A DNA stretch of 64,000 bases from the human T2T-CHM13v2.0 reference genome, Homo sapiens (GCF_009914755.1 NC_060935.1); one strand, 5' to 3'. Positions 27,416 to 41,800 are shown, counted from the stretch's first letter. Made by a program: numbers and translations. Notes: generated by a model from the sequence alone, not told the origin.

Positions 27416-28859
27416 CTTATTTGAGAGTGAGGAGGTTACAATGCTGAAAAGAGGAGGTACAAAAAAAAAAAACAAAAAAAAACGCCCATTTAAAGAAACC
27501 ATATATTCAAGCGAACTTTTTTTATTGGCTATTTTTTTAAAGTATAGATGTCATCTAAAATATAACTGTAAACAAATAGAAAAAATATCAATAGAAAATA
27601 AAAAGTAGAGTAAAGATTTGAAAGGAGGAGTAACAGGAATTTGTGGGTGATGAAACAGAATGCAATCTTTATTGAGGAGGCCTGGCAGTATGAGATGGAT
27701 GGCCCAGGAAAATAATTGCTCTTGGAAGGATGGAAGTTGAATTTGGAAAAATAAACAGCTTTTTTTTTCTGAAACAGGAAAAAATTTAGGATAGCTGATG
27801 GCTCAGAGTGTTTTGAATATAATATAGACATATGGATAATTTGGGGGCAAATAACAGAGCTAAGCTTGCAAATAATCTAATTATTTTAGAAAAGTAGGCT
27901 GTGGGATAGTCAGCTGGGTGTGAAGAGTTGCTTTGGAGCAGCTCTTTGAATGAAAGCTTCTTCTATTTGCAGTGAAAGTCAATTTGTAGTTATTAGGAAT
28001 GTAATTCCAGGTAGCTTTGGGATCCTCATTATAAGCTTCCTTAAAACTGCTTTGATTGGATCGCACAGAAGTAACTGCTCTACAAAAAAAAATAGCCCTT
28101 CTATAAAAATCCATTCTCCGGAGGAACCAGCCCCATCTGTCAGCCAGTTGTAGCCTTAAACTTACCATCCACTTTTGTAGGAGTCTTCTAAGTTTTTTCT
28201 TTCTTTCTTTCTAATTTGATATTTCAAAATTATAGAGAAGTTATGGGAATGAAACAAGAAATTCCTATATACCTGCCTAGATTCACCAACGATTTACCTT
28301 TCGTCATTTGTTTTCCTTCTCTTTTTCTCTTTTATTTCACACAAAACATGTATATATAAGAATTTTAAAAACAATTTCAGAGTAAGAGGAAGTTGGAGAC
28401 ATAACGGCCCTTACATTTAGATGCAAATACTTTTGCATCTATTTCCTAAGGTTAAAGAGACACCCTTTATAAAACTAAAGAACAGTTATCAAAATTAGGA
28501 ATCTAAACATTCCATATGCAAATTTTATTGGTTCTCACAATAATGTGTTTATAGCTTGACTTTTCTTTCTATAAGATGTATGGTGACTATTACATCAGTT
28601 AAAACACGAAATCATGCTGGCACCTAGCAAACACAATGGCTCAAAAACTACTTATTTGGGAGTGAGGAGGTTACAGTGCTGAACACAGGAGGTATCAAAA
28701 AAAAAAAAAAAGGCCATTCAGAGAAACAATATATTCAAGTTATTGGCTATTATCTTTTTAAGTCTAGAAGTCATCTAAAATATAGATGTAAACAAAAAGT
28801 ATCAATAGAAAATAAAAATATAGAGTAAAGGTTCAAAAGGAGGAGTAACAGGAATTTGT
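27334..28859 (+). repeat. Diverged direct duplication: 27334-27644 and 28569-28859
   Basis: Both copies run CTATAAGATG.ATGGTGACTAT...GAAATCATGCTGGCACCTAGCAAAC...GGAGGAGTAACAGGAATTTGT. Confidence 0.95.
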
Positions 28860-29925
28860 TACTGGGCTCCAACCCATGATCACAATGAGGATTTCATTGT
28901 CTTTAGTGCTTTTACATCTGGAGAAATTCTTGAACTTTGTTTTTGTTCCTTGATCTGAACTTTTAGAAGAATGTCTTTTATTTTCTTTTTGGAAGAATAT
29001 TCCTTAGTTTAGAGTTGCTTATCGTAATTAGATTATGAGGAAAACTCATATCAGGAGCATGGTGTCAGTTCATCCCAATATCGGCCATGCTAGCTTTGGT
29101 CATTTTAGTTATAATGATATTACCACACTAACAAAAATGTGGGAAGATGTTTTGATGTAATAGAAATTTCTGATTCTCATCAAATTTCCTGGTACAAGTT
29201 TCAGCATCAATTGACATATTTTAAATTCCACTGTTTTTTCTATATTTATTAGTTGACATCCTATTATAAGGAAGAGCTTTCCCTTCCCCTCTATAAATTA
29301 ATTAATTTTTATATCAGTATGGACTCGATTTTTATTTTACTCAACAGTTTATAATTTATTACCTCATTACTTATTATATTGCCTAAATTATCCCAGATTT
29401 GTTCGGTGGCAGTCCTTTCAAGACGGTTTCAGTGTCTTTTTGCCATGACCCTGGATTCTTTGTGCACTATCTTACTACCTTACTTTTTTGCATAAGATGA
29501 TCCAGGCTCATCTAAAACTTTTCCTTCCCCAGCCCTGGAATCAGGCACTTCTTCAAGGAGCTTTGGTTCTATTTCATGTTGAATGGTGTGTATGAAACAA
29601 TATCTGATTCCGAAGTGTGCTCATTACTATGGGTGTGCTTCTGAGCCTTCTGATATGAGAGAACTAACATCTAGAGTTATTTTATACCTTCCTATATATC
29701 CATAATTTTGTAATGATATATAGTGATAGTTCTAATTTTGATTCAACAGGAGTGTGTACATTGTAGTCATTGCTATTTCAATATTTCTCCCTCCTCAACA
29801 GTGAGGAAATTGACTTCCATTATTCTCAATGCATTTGTCCATTTACCCACAGGGTTTAGCTTTTCTAACCCATACCACTGTGAAAAACAAACTTGCTAAA
29901 AAAAATCAATATTTATATACAACTA
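28205..29925 (-). mobile_element. L1MC4/5 3' end
   Basis: TTTCAAAATTATAGAGAAGTT...GAAGAGCTTTCCCTT...TCCAGGCTCATCT...CCCAGCCCTGGAATCAG. Confidence 0.8.
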
Positions 29926-30275
29926 GTTTTATGAGGCAAAATTGACATACAGTGAAATGCACATCTTAAATTTATAATTCAGTAAATTTTTTAGTTAGAA
30001 TTTTAGAGTTTAGAGGTAAATTGCACCTCTGTAGCCCACATCCCTGCCAAAATACAGAATAATTTTATCACTCAGAAAGATGCCTTATATATTTTGTGAC
30101 TCATTTCCTCCTAAAAGTAATTAATCTTCTAATTTCCCATCATAGAGTAGTTTTGCCTATATTAGAATATTATATATATGAGATCAAATAACATGTGTTC
30201 TTTTATGACTAACTTCTTTCATTCAACATATTGACTGTGAGGTTCACTGATGTAATTGTACATATCAGTACATCA

Positions 30276-30801
30276 TTTTTTACTTCATTAAAATACTGAG
30301 TTTTATTTCACATGTATATTTTTGTCTCCCCACCATTTCCATGTCTGACCACTGTTACTACTATATTTTATCATAACATTCCATACAGACATAAAACCAA
30401 GCAAAGGGTGGAGTTCCATTTTTAAAAGCTAAACAGGCATTTTGGACAACACATTCTTGGCAATGGAACCTGGACAATATTGATCAAACACTATAGGGAA
30501 AGTTCTCACTCCGCATTATAAAAAGGACAGCCAGATATCTACTGTTGTAGAAATGAAATAAGACAGAAAAAAATTAACAAATTGTTTAAACTATTTTCTT
30601 AAGGAGACTTCCTCCACTGCCAGAGATCTTGAACAACCTCCTATTCCCAGTCATCTGGAAGCAATTCTTCACATAATTGATGAACTTGCCTTCCACTTTG
30701 GGAAGAGAACCACCCTTTTCTATATACTTGCTTGCATTTTTGTTTTAATGTCTTCTACAAAACTAGGACCTTTTGGTGTTTCAGGAGTTTTTTCCTGTTT
30801 T
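30276..30801 (-). pseudogene. NPM1: NPM1 (nucleophosmin) processed pseudogene, 5'-truncated: C-terminal coding part plus 3'UTR
   Basis: Minus strand reads [26 protein letters not shown](fs)[24 protein letters not shown](fs)[13 protein letters not shown] without introns, then the NPM1 3'UTR to CTCAGTATTTTAATGAAGTA and an A remnant; degenerate TSD GTACATCATT / GTACATTGTT. Symbol given is the parent gene. Confidence 0.95.
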
Positions 30802-30938
30802 ATTGTACATTGTTCTTTTTATTCCTGAATAGTATTTCATAGAATGAATATACTAATTTTTTGTTTATTTTATCTATGTTTATAGGCATTTATATTTGCT
30901 GGTTAATGTGAATTAAGCTGCCATGAATTGTATATAAG

Positions 30939-31250
30939 TTTTTTTTTTTCCTTTTTAAGACAGGATTTTACTCTGTAGCCCAGGCTGGAGTGCAGTGGCA
31001 CAATCATGGCTCACTGCAGCCTTAGCCTCCTAGTCTCAAGCAATCCTCCCACCTCAACTTCCCAAGTAGAGTAACTGGGACCACATGCATGCATTACCAT
31101 CCCCAGCTAATTTTTTTTTTTTTTTTTTTTTTTTTGAGAGACAGAGTCTGTCTATGTTGCCCAAGCTGGTCTTAAATCCTATACTCAAGTGATCCTCCCA
31201 CCTCAGCCCCAAATTGCTGGAATTACAGGTGTAAGCCCCTACACCTGGTC
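30939..31250 (-). mobile_element. AluJ (Jo-like) with expanded 25-nt middle A tract
   Basis: CACTGCAGCCTT, CTATGTTGCCCA; TSD TATATAAGTTT (30931 / 31252). Confidence 0.93.
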
Positions 31251-33212
31251 TTATATAAGTTTTTTGTGAACAATTTTGTATTTCCCTGTGTAAGTATCTA
31301 TACATGTAATTATTGGGTCATAATCAGATAAATATTTATAAGAAGCTACCATTTCCCATAGTGGTTGTATTATTTTATACTATTACCAGTAATTATGGAA
31401 ATCCTGATTTTAATTTTTCTAGTGTATGTGCAGTGGCACCATGTACTTTTAATTTAAATTTCCCTGAAAACTAATAATGTTGAGAACTTCTTTATTTATT
31501 AGTGACTATTTTTTATATCTTTCTTTGTGCAGTATTTGTTCAAGTCTTTGTCTTTTTCTTATTTCTTTTCCAAATTGTAGGAATAGTTTATATTCTAGAT
31601 TAAAGTTTTTTTGAGATATGACTGAACAATATTCTCTCCAAGTCTTTGCCTTGTCTGTTATTAATATCTTTAGATGAGAAGTTTTTCATTTTGACAAAGT
31701 CAATTTTATCAATTTTTTTCAGTTATTGGCTTCTGTATCTTATCTAATAAACATTTGTTAACCCAAAGTAGCAAAAATATTCTTCTGTGTTTTCTTTTAG
31801 AATCTTTATTGTTTTGGCTTTTATATTTAAATCTATGATCCATCTCAAATTAATTTTGTGTATGGTATGTGATAGGGTCAAGGGTTTCCTTCCTTTCCTT
31901 TTTCACTTATGGCTATCCAGATGTTCCAGCACTATTTATTGAAAGTAATTTTCTTTCATAATTCAGTGGACTGAATGCCTTTGCTAACAATCAAATATCC
32001 ACATATATGTTGGTGTATTTCAGAATCATAGTTTTGTTTAATTCATCAGTTTTACTCTCTTAAAGCCAATATAACATTTTCTTTATTATTGCTTCTCTAA
32101 TTATGAAGCAAAGTCATACATTCTAAGTGCTCCACTTTTATTAATTTGTTCCAGGTTTTTCTATCTACTCTAAATTTTTTGCACCTTCACACAAATATTT
32201 AAATCAACCTGTTAATTTTTGTTACAAAATCCTTCTATAATTTTAATTGAGATTATCTTGAATCTATAGATTGATGGGGGAAAATTGATATCTTAACAAT
32301 ATTGAATATTCTGATCCAAAAATATAGTATCTCTCCATTAATTTATTTCTTCTTTATTTTGTTTTGATGATTTACACAGTATAGAGATTTTGAACATCTC
32401 ATTAATTTTAGATTGTTTTTGAAGCTATTTTGCATAACATTAATTTTACTTTTTATATATTTGCTGCTAGTAATTAGAAATAAAATTGATTTTTCCTGTG
32501 ATATGCTGAATTCATTTATTGACCCAAGTAGTTGTTTTATATATTCCTTAGGATTTATTGTATGATCAATCCTGTCATTTGTACATAGCAAGATTTTATT
32601 TCTTCTTAAATAAACTTTAAGCTTTTAATTTCTTTTTCTTGCCCAGTTACAGTAGATAGAATGACCAAGTTCAATGCTGAACAGAATCACTGAGTGCAAA
32701 CATCTTAACTTTGTTCCAGGCATTAGTGGGGTGTGTTCAATATTTCACTAATGGTTACTTCTGTTGGGTGTACTTCTTTAATTCCCTTTATAGAACCTCA
32801 AACTTCCTTCATTCTGCCTAGTTTCTCAGGCCTTTTCTTCTTTCATCTTTTTTTTTTCTTTTTTAATCTTGAGTACTGGATTTGGTCAAATTCATTTTTT
32901 TTGCCTCTATTGAGTTGATCATGTGTTCTTCACTTTTATTCTGTAAATGTCTGACTTACTTTGAATGATTTTCTGTGTTAAACAAACTTGCATTTTTTTG
33001 GAATTCTTATAAACTCTACCTTCTAATGCTGAACTACCCCTTGTATACTATTGCATTTATTGCATGTAGTTATTAATATTTTCTTAAGAATGTTTAGATC
33101 TATTTTTTAGAGAATTTGGTCCAAATTTTTAATTTCTTATAATGTCTTATCAAGTTTCAATATCCAGCTTATGCCAGTCATACCAGACCAGTTAGGATGT
33201 TTTCCTTTTTCC

Positions 33213-33776
33213 TGTGCAGACCAGAATATGCCACCTCACATTGTGCCATCTTGGTATGAGGGTTATTTTAAGCTGAAGGCAATTGAAAAGAAGCAGATTA
33301 CAAGCAAAGCTCTCTGGTGTCTCCTAATTGACTAAAAGCAGAACACAAATTTACAAAGACAAAGGTGTCCCTCCAGCCTTCTCTCCCAAGAACAAAAACT
33401 GAACCTGAAGACAACTTTAGAAGCTTATCACCCTGGAGGTGACACCAGAGGAATCTACATAACAAACTTTACTAACACTACTTTATCTACTATTTATTTG
33501 CCTTCGCACAATTTGCCATGCCTTAGAGACCCAAAGTCCTTTTCCTTCTCCTTGTCATTTCTCAAAAAATGCACTGTTCTTTATTGAAGATGCTATATAA
33601 GCATTAATTCAAAGTCATCTCTTTCAGAATTACTCATTCTCTGGCTGTCTCCCATGTATACATGAGATATACATGTTACACTCATATTTGTTTTTCTCTT
33701 ATTAATCTGTCTTTTGTTAGAGGGGTCTGCTTCAGCTGAGAACTGAGTATAGGGAAAATTATTTTCCTCCCCTATA
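33213..33776 (+). mobile_element. MER34-group ERV1 solo LTR
   Basis: TGTGCAGACCAGAATATGCCACC...TATTTTAAGCTGAAGGCAATTGA...TTAATCTGTCTTTTGTT...TTTTCCTCCCCTATA. Confidence 0.8.
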
Positions 33777-33911
33777 TCTGCATATTCTGAAAGAATATAC
33801 ATGAAAGATTATTATGTCTAGTTGGTATGTTTTTTAAATATTAGCATTCACTAGTAAAACCAACTGATCTTCGCGTTTTCTTTTGGGGAAGGTTTTTGAT
33901 AATTTAATATT

Positions 33912-33916
<5 letters not shown>

Positions 33917-33951
<35 letters not shown>

Positions 33952-33964
33952 TGTGTGTGTGTGT
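33917..33964 (+). repeat. (GT)n microsatellite with one interruption
   Basis: Direct observation. Confidence 0.97.
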
Positions 33965-34292
33965 TTGTATACATAAGCCTAGGCCAACTATTATATCTTT
34001 TTAAGTTGGTTTTAAAAATAATTTGTTTATATAATTTTAGTGGTCAAATTCATTGACATAAAATTACTTAAGCCATTCTTTATTCTAAGACAATAGGAAC
34101 TGCAGTAATATATCCTTCTTCATTCCTGATATTGGTAATCTGTTTTCTTCCCCTAGAAGAGAAATGATAAATGCTACATAGGTATGTCAACATTTTTATT
34201 CTTAATATTTGCTTAGTGTATCTCTTTCCTTATTTTTACTTTAAACTGAAATTGTATTCATGTTTAAAATTCATCTCATAGAAAATATAATG

Positions 34293-34343
34293 TTATTTAT
34301 TTATTTTTTTTGAGACAGTGTTCACTCTGTCACCCAGGGTGGA
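34293..34343 (-). mobile_element. Alu 3' stub
   Basis: TTTTTTGAGACAGTGTTCACTCTGTCACCCAGGGTGGA. Confidence 0.75.
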
Positions 34344-36255
34344 ATAAGTTTCCTTTTAAATTTGGGTGCTAAATGAATTTACATTTAATGTAATGTAGAT
34401 AAGCATAATTTGAAATACCAGTATTTTAAATTGGTCCCATATAATCTTGGATTTGGCATTCTTTTTGTGTCTTCTTTTTCATTAACTGAATGTATTTGTA
34501 TTATTTTATTTTAATTTCTCTATTGTTTTTTCAAATATACCTCTTTGCATTATCTTTTAAAATAGTTGCTCTAAGGATTAAAATATACTTCCTTAATTTT
34601 TCATACTCTGCTAAGATGTTACATCGTATTGCCTCGTGTAAAGCTTGTAATGGATTAATTCTATTTACCTACTATCCTTTGTGTTAGTTCTGTCATTTAT
34701 ATTATTGAGTTCCTTCCGCAATTTTCCTGCTATTTCCATGCTACATTTTTTGATATAAAAATAGCTGTAGAATTGGGGAATAAAATATAAATAGCCAAAG
34801 GCAGATACCGACATTCATCCTCTGCTCTTAGTATTCATCTGATACCTGAAAAAAAGGGGAGAATCTCTTTCTCAGCATATAAGAAGGATAAATTTTGGTA
34901 GGATGTTTAAAAATATAAACAATACCAATGGAATAAATGTGTTAGAGTGAAAGGAACAAAGCATTTGGGAAGTTGCCTAACTCTAAATCTTGTAACTTTA
35001 ATTTGTAGAAATATTATATTGAGAATTAATAACAATAAACCTTCCTTGCTTTCTCTCTCCCTATCTTCTTTTCTTTCTTTCCTTTGTCCTTTCTTTTTTC
35101 CTCTTTCCTTTATTTACTTCCTTCTTTTCAGCCTTTCCTCTATTCACAAACATTCCTTGTACCGCTACTATATCTTAGGCACTGGGGACAGTCTTCAGCC
35201 TCACTTCTTTGTCTGTAAGGGGTTTGAATAAATATCTCATTATGTTCTTACAGAGATTAAATTAGAGGAGAAAATATGTGTGTCGTGAAAATTATAGTCC
35301 TTATATTTGGTGACTAATCAGTCAATGATATTGGTCATAATTATTTAGGAAATGTTAATTCTCTCCCACCCTCCATGCAGTAAATTATGTGGGGTTTACT
35401 TTGCTAACTAATTCTCTAGGCAATTGTTCTTTGCATTGTCATTCAAAGGTTCAGGAGTTTTTGCAATAGCCTGGAAATATCAAAGCTTTAAAACCAGTAA
35501 CCTCATTCCAATTTCAATCTTAAAATCCAAGTTGTTTAAAGGCACCAATATTATATTCCACAAATAACAGAGCTCCAGATGCTTGACTGCCAAGCAACTC
35601 TACTATTTTATTCATATTTATTCTTATGCATTCACTATATACTGTGTGTATCACTCATCCTAGTTTTGGTAATGATTTTCAGAAGGATTTCAATATCTCA
35701 AATTTGCAGAACATCGATATTTAAATGCATCTAGCTATATATACAGGCAATCAAGCATGACTAACATAATACTTGTATTAAACCTGCTGCCAGCAAAATT
35801 TTTACCAACCCAAAATTTCCTTACAGTTCTTCATATAATGAATTTTAGTCCCCACATGAAATCAGAAACATTTTATACTCATGTTTTCCAGAAGGCAGAC
35901 AAAAACAATCTGAAAGAAATTCCTAAATAGATTAACCTATGAAACCCAGGCATATTCCAGGCAGGAAGGCCTAGGCTTAAAATAAGACTAGTCAATATGC
36001 TTGCCTATTAGACCAAAAAAAGAAAAAAGAAAACAGCTGATTATTTGCAGTTTGCTTTTCCATATTCTCTATAGAAACCAACTGTTTATGTGGTAGGAAA
36101 AAAAAAATGAGATCAAAGAAATCACTCTCAAGATTTGATCCACTCAAATATGTCACCTTATTTTCTTTGCAGTAAAGGTAGTCGTTATTAATCAAACACA
36201 TTGTTATGTGGAAAACAGGTTTGATAATGTGAATTTTCCTAACTGCATCTTCATA

Positions 36256-36720
36256 TTTATATTAGGTTCCTAGGGCCACCATAACAAAATACTGTCAAGT
36301 GGGTGACTTAAAACAATAGAAATTTATACTCTCACAGTTTGGAGGCCAGAAGTCTGATATCAAGGTGTCAGGAAGACTATGTTTCCTGTGAGAGTCTGGT
36401 AAAATCTTTCTTTGCCTCTTCCTAGCTTCTGGTAGTGGCTGGCAATCCTTGCCATTTCTAAGCTTGCTTGCATGTAATTTCCATCTCTTCCTCTGTCTTT
36501 ACACAGCATCCTACCTGTGAGTCTGTGTCTTTATCTGTTTTCTCTTTTTATGAGGGCAACAATCATTGCATTAGGAATCACCCTAATTGATTATGACTTA
36601 ATCTTAACATAATTACATCTCTAAAGATCCTATTTTTAAATAAAGTCAAATTTACAGGTGTGGGGGTCACATTTACAACTTCAACATATCTTTTTGGTGG
36701 ACACAATTAAACACACAAAA
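36256..36720 (-). mobile_element. MLT1B/C MaLR solo LTR
   Basis: CCATAACAAAATAC...TTAAAACAATAGAAATTTAT..TCTCACAGTTTGGAGGCCAGAAGTCTGA...GGACACAATT. Confidence 0.88.
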
Positions 36721-39111
36721 ATAGTCAGCCCAGTTTTATTTTTGCGGGGCGGGGGTGGGGAAATGAATGCCTGATGCTGAGAATCAGGTATTTAGGATGA
36801 ATTAAGTATCTGGGAAGGACAATGTATCACTCAAAAATTTTGTAAAAATATATTTTCACAACAATTTAAACTGATTTCCAATGTATTTTAATACACACAT
36901 GTGATATTTAATAATATGCTGCCCATCAGAACACCCTTGTCTCAGACAAGGAGGTTTGGTTTACTAGTTAGGTTCAATGTATTCAGTTTACTATATTTAC
37001 TTGGCATCTCAGAATCACAGAGCCATTCCCTTAGGTCTCTGTTCAAAAGGGAACTTGTCGTAGCTCCTTCCTGGGTTTTCTGACTCATTAATTTCACTTC
37101 ACCTAGGAAATGTTCTTTATTCTTCTTGGGAGTTTAAATGTAAGGATTGCGCTCTGCTAAAAATTCCCTTTGAGACGTGATGAAACTGAAAATATTTCTA
37201 GGGCTATGTTACAACATTAGCCTGCCATCAGAGTTACTTTTCTCTAGTTCCCATTAAGCAGTGTGTAAGTAAAAGAGAAGATACTCGAATATTCTCTTGA
37301 AGATGTAATAAACATCTTCCTTTTTGTGAGTTAGTAATTGTTTTTTAATCTATCATCCCCTTGCCAAATGTTATCTATTTTTCAAATTTAATTTTCTTGG
37401 TAATAGGCAGTTATTGCAGAACTCTTATTAAAATATGTAGAGTTATCTTAACAAAGTGCTGATAATTCACATGATGGTCCTGGGATGTTTTGATGAGCTT
37501 CATTTTTTAATATTATATTTCAATGTTTCTTCATAGACTTAGCATGAAAGTGTTAAGTATTTAAATGCTGCTTAGGCTTGTTACTTTACAGGGTGTGGGT
37601 ATGCAAAGATGAGCAGAATATGCAGAATGTCTGGCTTATCTGAATTTTCAGGAGAAGTATTAGAAGATACAATTTTATTTCAGTGGAGCATAATCATAGA
37701 CAAAACATCCTGATAGATTTACTAATGTTCAGGGTGTTCAGAACTAGGCAAAATCTGATCAGAAATTTTTAGACTGAGAAAAATGTTCTCACTCATTTTT
37801 AAACTAGAGTATGAAGTGAGAATTTTCTTTGTGCACTAAACTTGCAAAATTATTAATACATTGTATGTGAGATAACTATCAGTAAATTCCAGTTGTATTG
37901 TGGAGTGTTAAAATGTGAATGAGCTATTTTAAAAAACCACCAGATTTAACCACTAGTTTCTGTATTTTTGTGTTCTAGCTTTTCATGATGAAGTTGATGC
38001 CTAGAATACAGCAAATGTCACAGAGCAATTAGCGCAGAGAATAGAATAAAATTCAGGTTCTTTGTTGTCAGGTTCAGGCATTTTGGGACTCTATCATCCT
38101 ATCTTTGAATTATATAATGCCATATATAGTACCATCTGTCTATTCCTTCCAAATCCGCTTAAATATCTTTCTGGTAGCATTCTACCAAAAATAATTATTT
38201 CAATGATTTTGGTAATTCTTTTCAATTTTATTCTTAAATTGCTGGCTATTTTCACTTTTTATTTTTTATTTTGGAATATGAAGTTTCATTATGTGCTAGT
38301 TTATTTCCAAAGAATATGTCTTTGATGGCAAGCAGTAAATAAATTCCATCATGCTGAATATTATGATTTTTGTGGTTTGCACTACACACATAAAAATCCC
38401 TTATATCCATGTCTTAAATTAAAAAATTGTACTTATGGAGACGTGAATTTAAAACATAATAAAAATATTAAAGTGGCTATATTCATGCTGCAGAATTGCC
38501 TATTTGTGCCAACAGATTACTCTTCCAGATTTACTTGTTTTTTGGGTACAGAAATAGGAAAACATCCACATACACGGGTTATCAGATGAATGAGATAGAG
38601 CCTAAGAATATGTTGAAATTTCCGTGTTTAACCAGATCAGTGTTACTAATATTAGGATTTAATAAGATACAAAGACATAGCAGATGCTTCTATTTAACAA
38701 AGACATGTGGTGCTCTCTGACCAAATCCAGATGTGTTCATAGAGCTTGTAGTGAAATTATAAAGTCACCAATTGTACTTACAATTTTAGAGTAAGTAAAT
38801 AAAGACAGTGTCCTAATATTCTTTCCCCAAAATCTACCAGGTGCCTAGATAGTTATAAATATTTTTATGAACCAAAATGAATTACAAAGTGAAAAAAATT
38901 GCCTCTAAGTTGGGGGATATAAAAAGTCAGAGATGATATGACTTATACGATTATTTTAAAACCTGGTTAAATCATACACGCTCTCCATAAACAAAGTTAC
39001 AGTACAGTAAGATAAAGAGATTTACATTTTCCAGAGGTGGAACTATGTGCAAAGATGAGGACAGGGTTAGTAGAATTGGGTGATTCGAGGTAGCCACCAT
39101 AAAAGTATTTA

Positions 39112-39620
<509 letters not shown>

Positions 39621-40305
39621 CTGCAATACATAATATAGTAGAAATACCAGGGAACTCAATGTCAGAAAATATTGTTACAAGTACATACTCTTTAGTAGGT
39701 TTTTTATTTTTACTTTTATTTCTTGTTAATACCTTGGCCAGGCATGTTATCTTTCTGAAACTCTCTTCTTAACTCATTGCAATATAGTCACTGGAGGACA
39801 GGATTGCTGTACAGATAAAGTGAGATAACATAGACATCCTGGTAAAAAAGAACACACAATTTTAAAAATTTTATTTCATTACACACTCCACTAAAATGAC
39901 AGTAGATGGAAAGGAAAATATAAATTCCCAAGGTCAAAAATGGGAAGAGAGAATAGAGAGAAGATACCAGATACAAGACTCATCAACAAAAGTTTTGAAT
40001 TTGGAAAGCTGAGATATGGGTAGAAACTGCTTTATTAGATTTAAGAAAGCTGAACATTAAGTATCTCAGAAGCAAAACTAATAAGAAGCAAGCTGAGTTG
40101 TCCTCCCAAAACTTCAGAAAGATTTTAGAATTGATGGCAGATAATACATTTCAAGGTGAGGATATTAGATGATGCTAAACCCAGAAAAATTTGTACATGA
40201 GGCATTTAAACTGCCAGATCCCACATACCAGCCAGGAGAGCCACCATTTTCTATTGTTTCTCTATGCCAACAGATGGGAGAGTCAGTTTTTCAAAAAAAA
40301 ATTTT

Positions 40306-40620
40306 GACTTGGTGCGGTGGCTCACGCCTGTAATCCCAGCCCTTTGGGAGGCCTAGGTTGGCGGATCACCTGAGGTCAGGAGTTCGAGACCAGCCAGGGT
40401 AACATGGTCAAACCCTGTCTCTGATAAAAATATATTAAAAAAAAAAACAAAAAAAAACAGGCATGGTGTTGGGCACCAGTAATCTCAGCCACTTGGGAGG
40501 CTGAGGAAGAATTGCTTGATCCTGGGAGATGGAATTTGCAGTGAGTTGAGATCATGCCATTGCACCCCAACCTAGGCAACAAGAGCGAAATTCCATCTCA
40601 AAAAATAATAATAATAATCA
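40306..40620 (+). mobile_element. AluSq-like element with (AAT)n tail
   Basis: GGATCACCTGAGGTCAGGAGTTCGAGACCAGCC...GGCAACAAGAGCGAAATTCC. Confidence 0.95.
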
Positions 40621-40640
40621 AAATGAAAATAAAATAATAA

Positions 40641-41035
40641 TTTCAACTTTTATTTTAGATTCAAAGGGTACATGTGCAGGTTTGTTATACGTGTATGTTG
40701 TATGCTACTGAGGTTTGGGATAAAGATGGTCCCATCGCCCAGGTAGTGAGCATAGTATCTAATAAGTTGTTTCTCAGCCCATGCCCCGCTTCTTTCTTCC
40801 TGTCCCCAGTGTCCGTTGCTGCCATTTTTAATGGTCATATGTAGTCAATGTTTAGCTCCCACTTACGAGTGAGAACATGTGATACTTGGTTTTCTGTTCC
40901 CACATTAATTCACTTAGAATCATGGCCTCCAGCTGCATCCTTGTTGCTGCAAAGGACATGAGTTTGTCCTTTTTATGGCTGTGCAGTATTCCATGTTGAA
41001 TATGTACCACATTTTCTGTATGCAATCCAATGTGA
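40641..41035 (-). mobile_element. L1PA15/16-like 3' end
   Basis: CAACTTTTATTTTAGATTCAAAGGGTACATGTGCAGGTTTGTT...GCTCCCACTTACGAGTGAGAACATG. Confidence 0.9.
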
Positions 41036-41654
41036 TAGGTAATCTTTATATGTGTTGATGCAATAGTCATTGAGCTTAAGGATACTAGTCAGACAATATG
41101 GGTATTTAGATTTACTGAATACAAACAGGCTTAAGTAAATTTCGAATTCTGAATGGTTATCACCTCTCAGCTGCTTCCCCTAATTCATCAAGATGCTGAT
41201 AATAGTCAGGCTTATAAGTTTTGTAAAAAGTGATTCATCTAAAAGAAATAAACCTTTCTATATTGATAGATAAGACAAGGTCATGTACTTACCTTATCTC
41301 CAGTTCAACAAACACATCTTTCTAGTGTCTCACTTTTAAAATGAGCAGTCAAAATGATCAGGTATTAAAAAAACAACTCTAACATGAATGACTAAGACCA
41401 AAACAAATAAAAAGACTGAAACGATTTAGAGAAATAGAGATCACACACATGTGTAGGGAAAAAAACTGCAAAAGGTGTAATTATATCATCAGAGAGAGAA
41501 AATATTTTATTCATAAAACAAGGAGAGAATGCTATTATAAAAAGTAATATTCAGAGACCAAAAAAGGATCATAGGGACATTAAAAATATGACAGTAGAAA
41601 TTTAAAAATTCAACATAATGACTGAAGCACAAGTGCACAGTAATTCTAGAGATA

Positions 41655-41800
41655 TGCTTCTCAAATTGCATTGTGCATAGAATCACTTGGAGAATTTGAT
41701 TAAAGGCACATTTCTGGAGTGGGACCTGAAACTGTACATTGCCAACAAGTTTGCAGATGATGCTAATGTTGCCAGTCTCAGGCACTCTGAGAAGAAAGGC
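41655..41800. mobile_element. MER5A-like MITE
   Basis: TGCTTCTCAAATTG..TGTGCATAGAATCACTTGGAG...AACAAGTTTGCAGATGATGCTAATGTTGC. Confidence 0.65.

Larger units (their letters stand above)
29928..34700 (-). mobile_element. Old L1ME/MD relic (3'UTR to ORF2) interrupted by the NPM1 retrocopy, AluJ, MER34 and (TG)n
   Basis: AATTGACATACAGTGAAATGCAC...; T-rich antisense ORF2 (TCTATGATCCATCTCAAATTAATTTT, TTGAATCTATAGAT, ATCTTAACAATATTGA). Confidence 0.8.

Noticed and set aside
27881-28200. 95-aa minus-strand ORF with a nearby ATG|GTAAGT donor-like site in non-repeat DNA
   Set aside because: No recognisable homology or acceptor. It could be conserved non-coding DNA, but this cannot be shown from sequence alone.
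37170-37260. GTGATGA C-box-like motif (possible C/D snoRNA)
   Set aside because: No suitably spaced D box or terminal stem.
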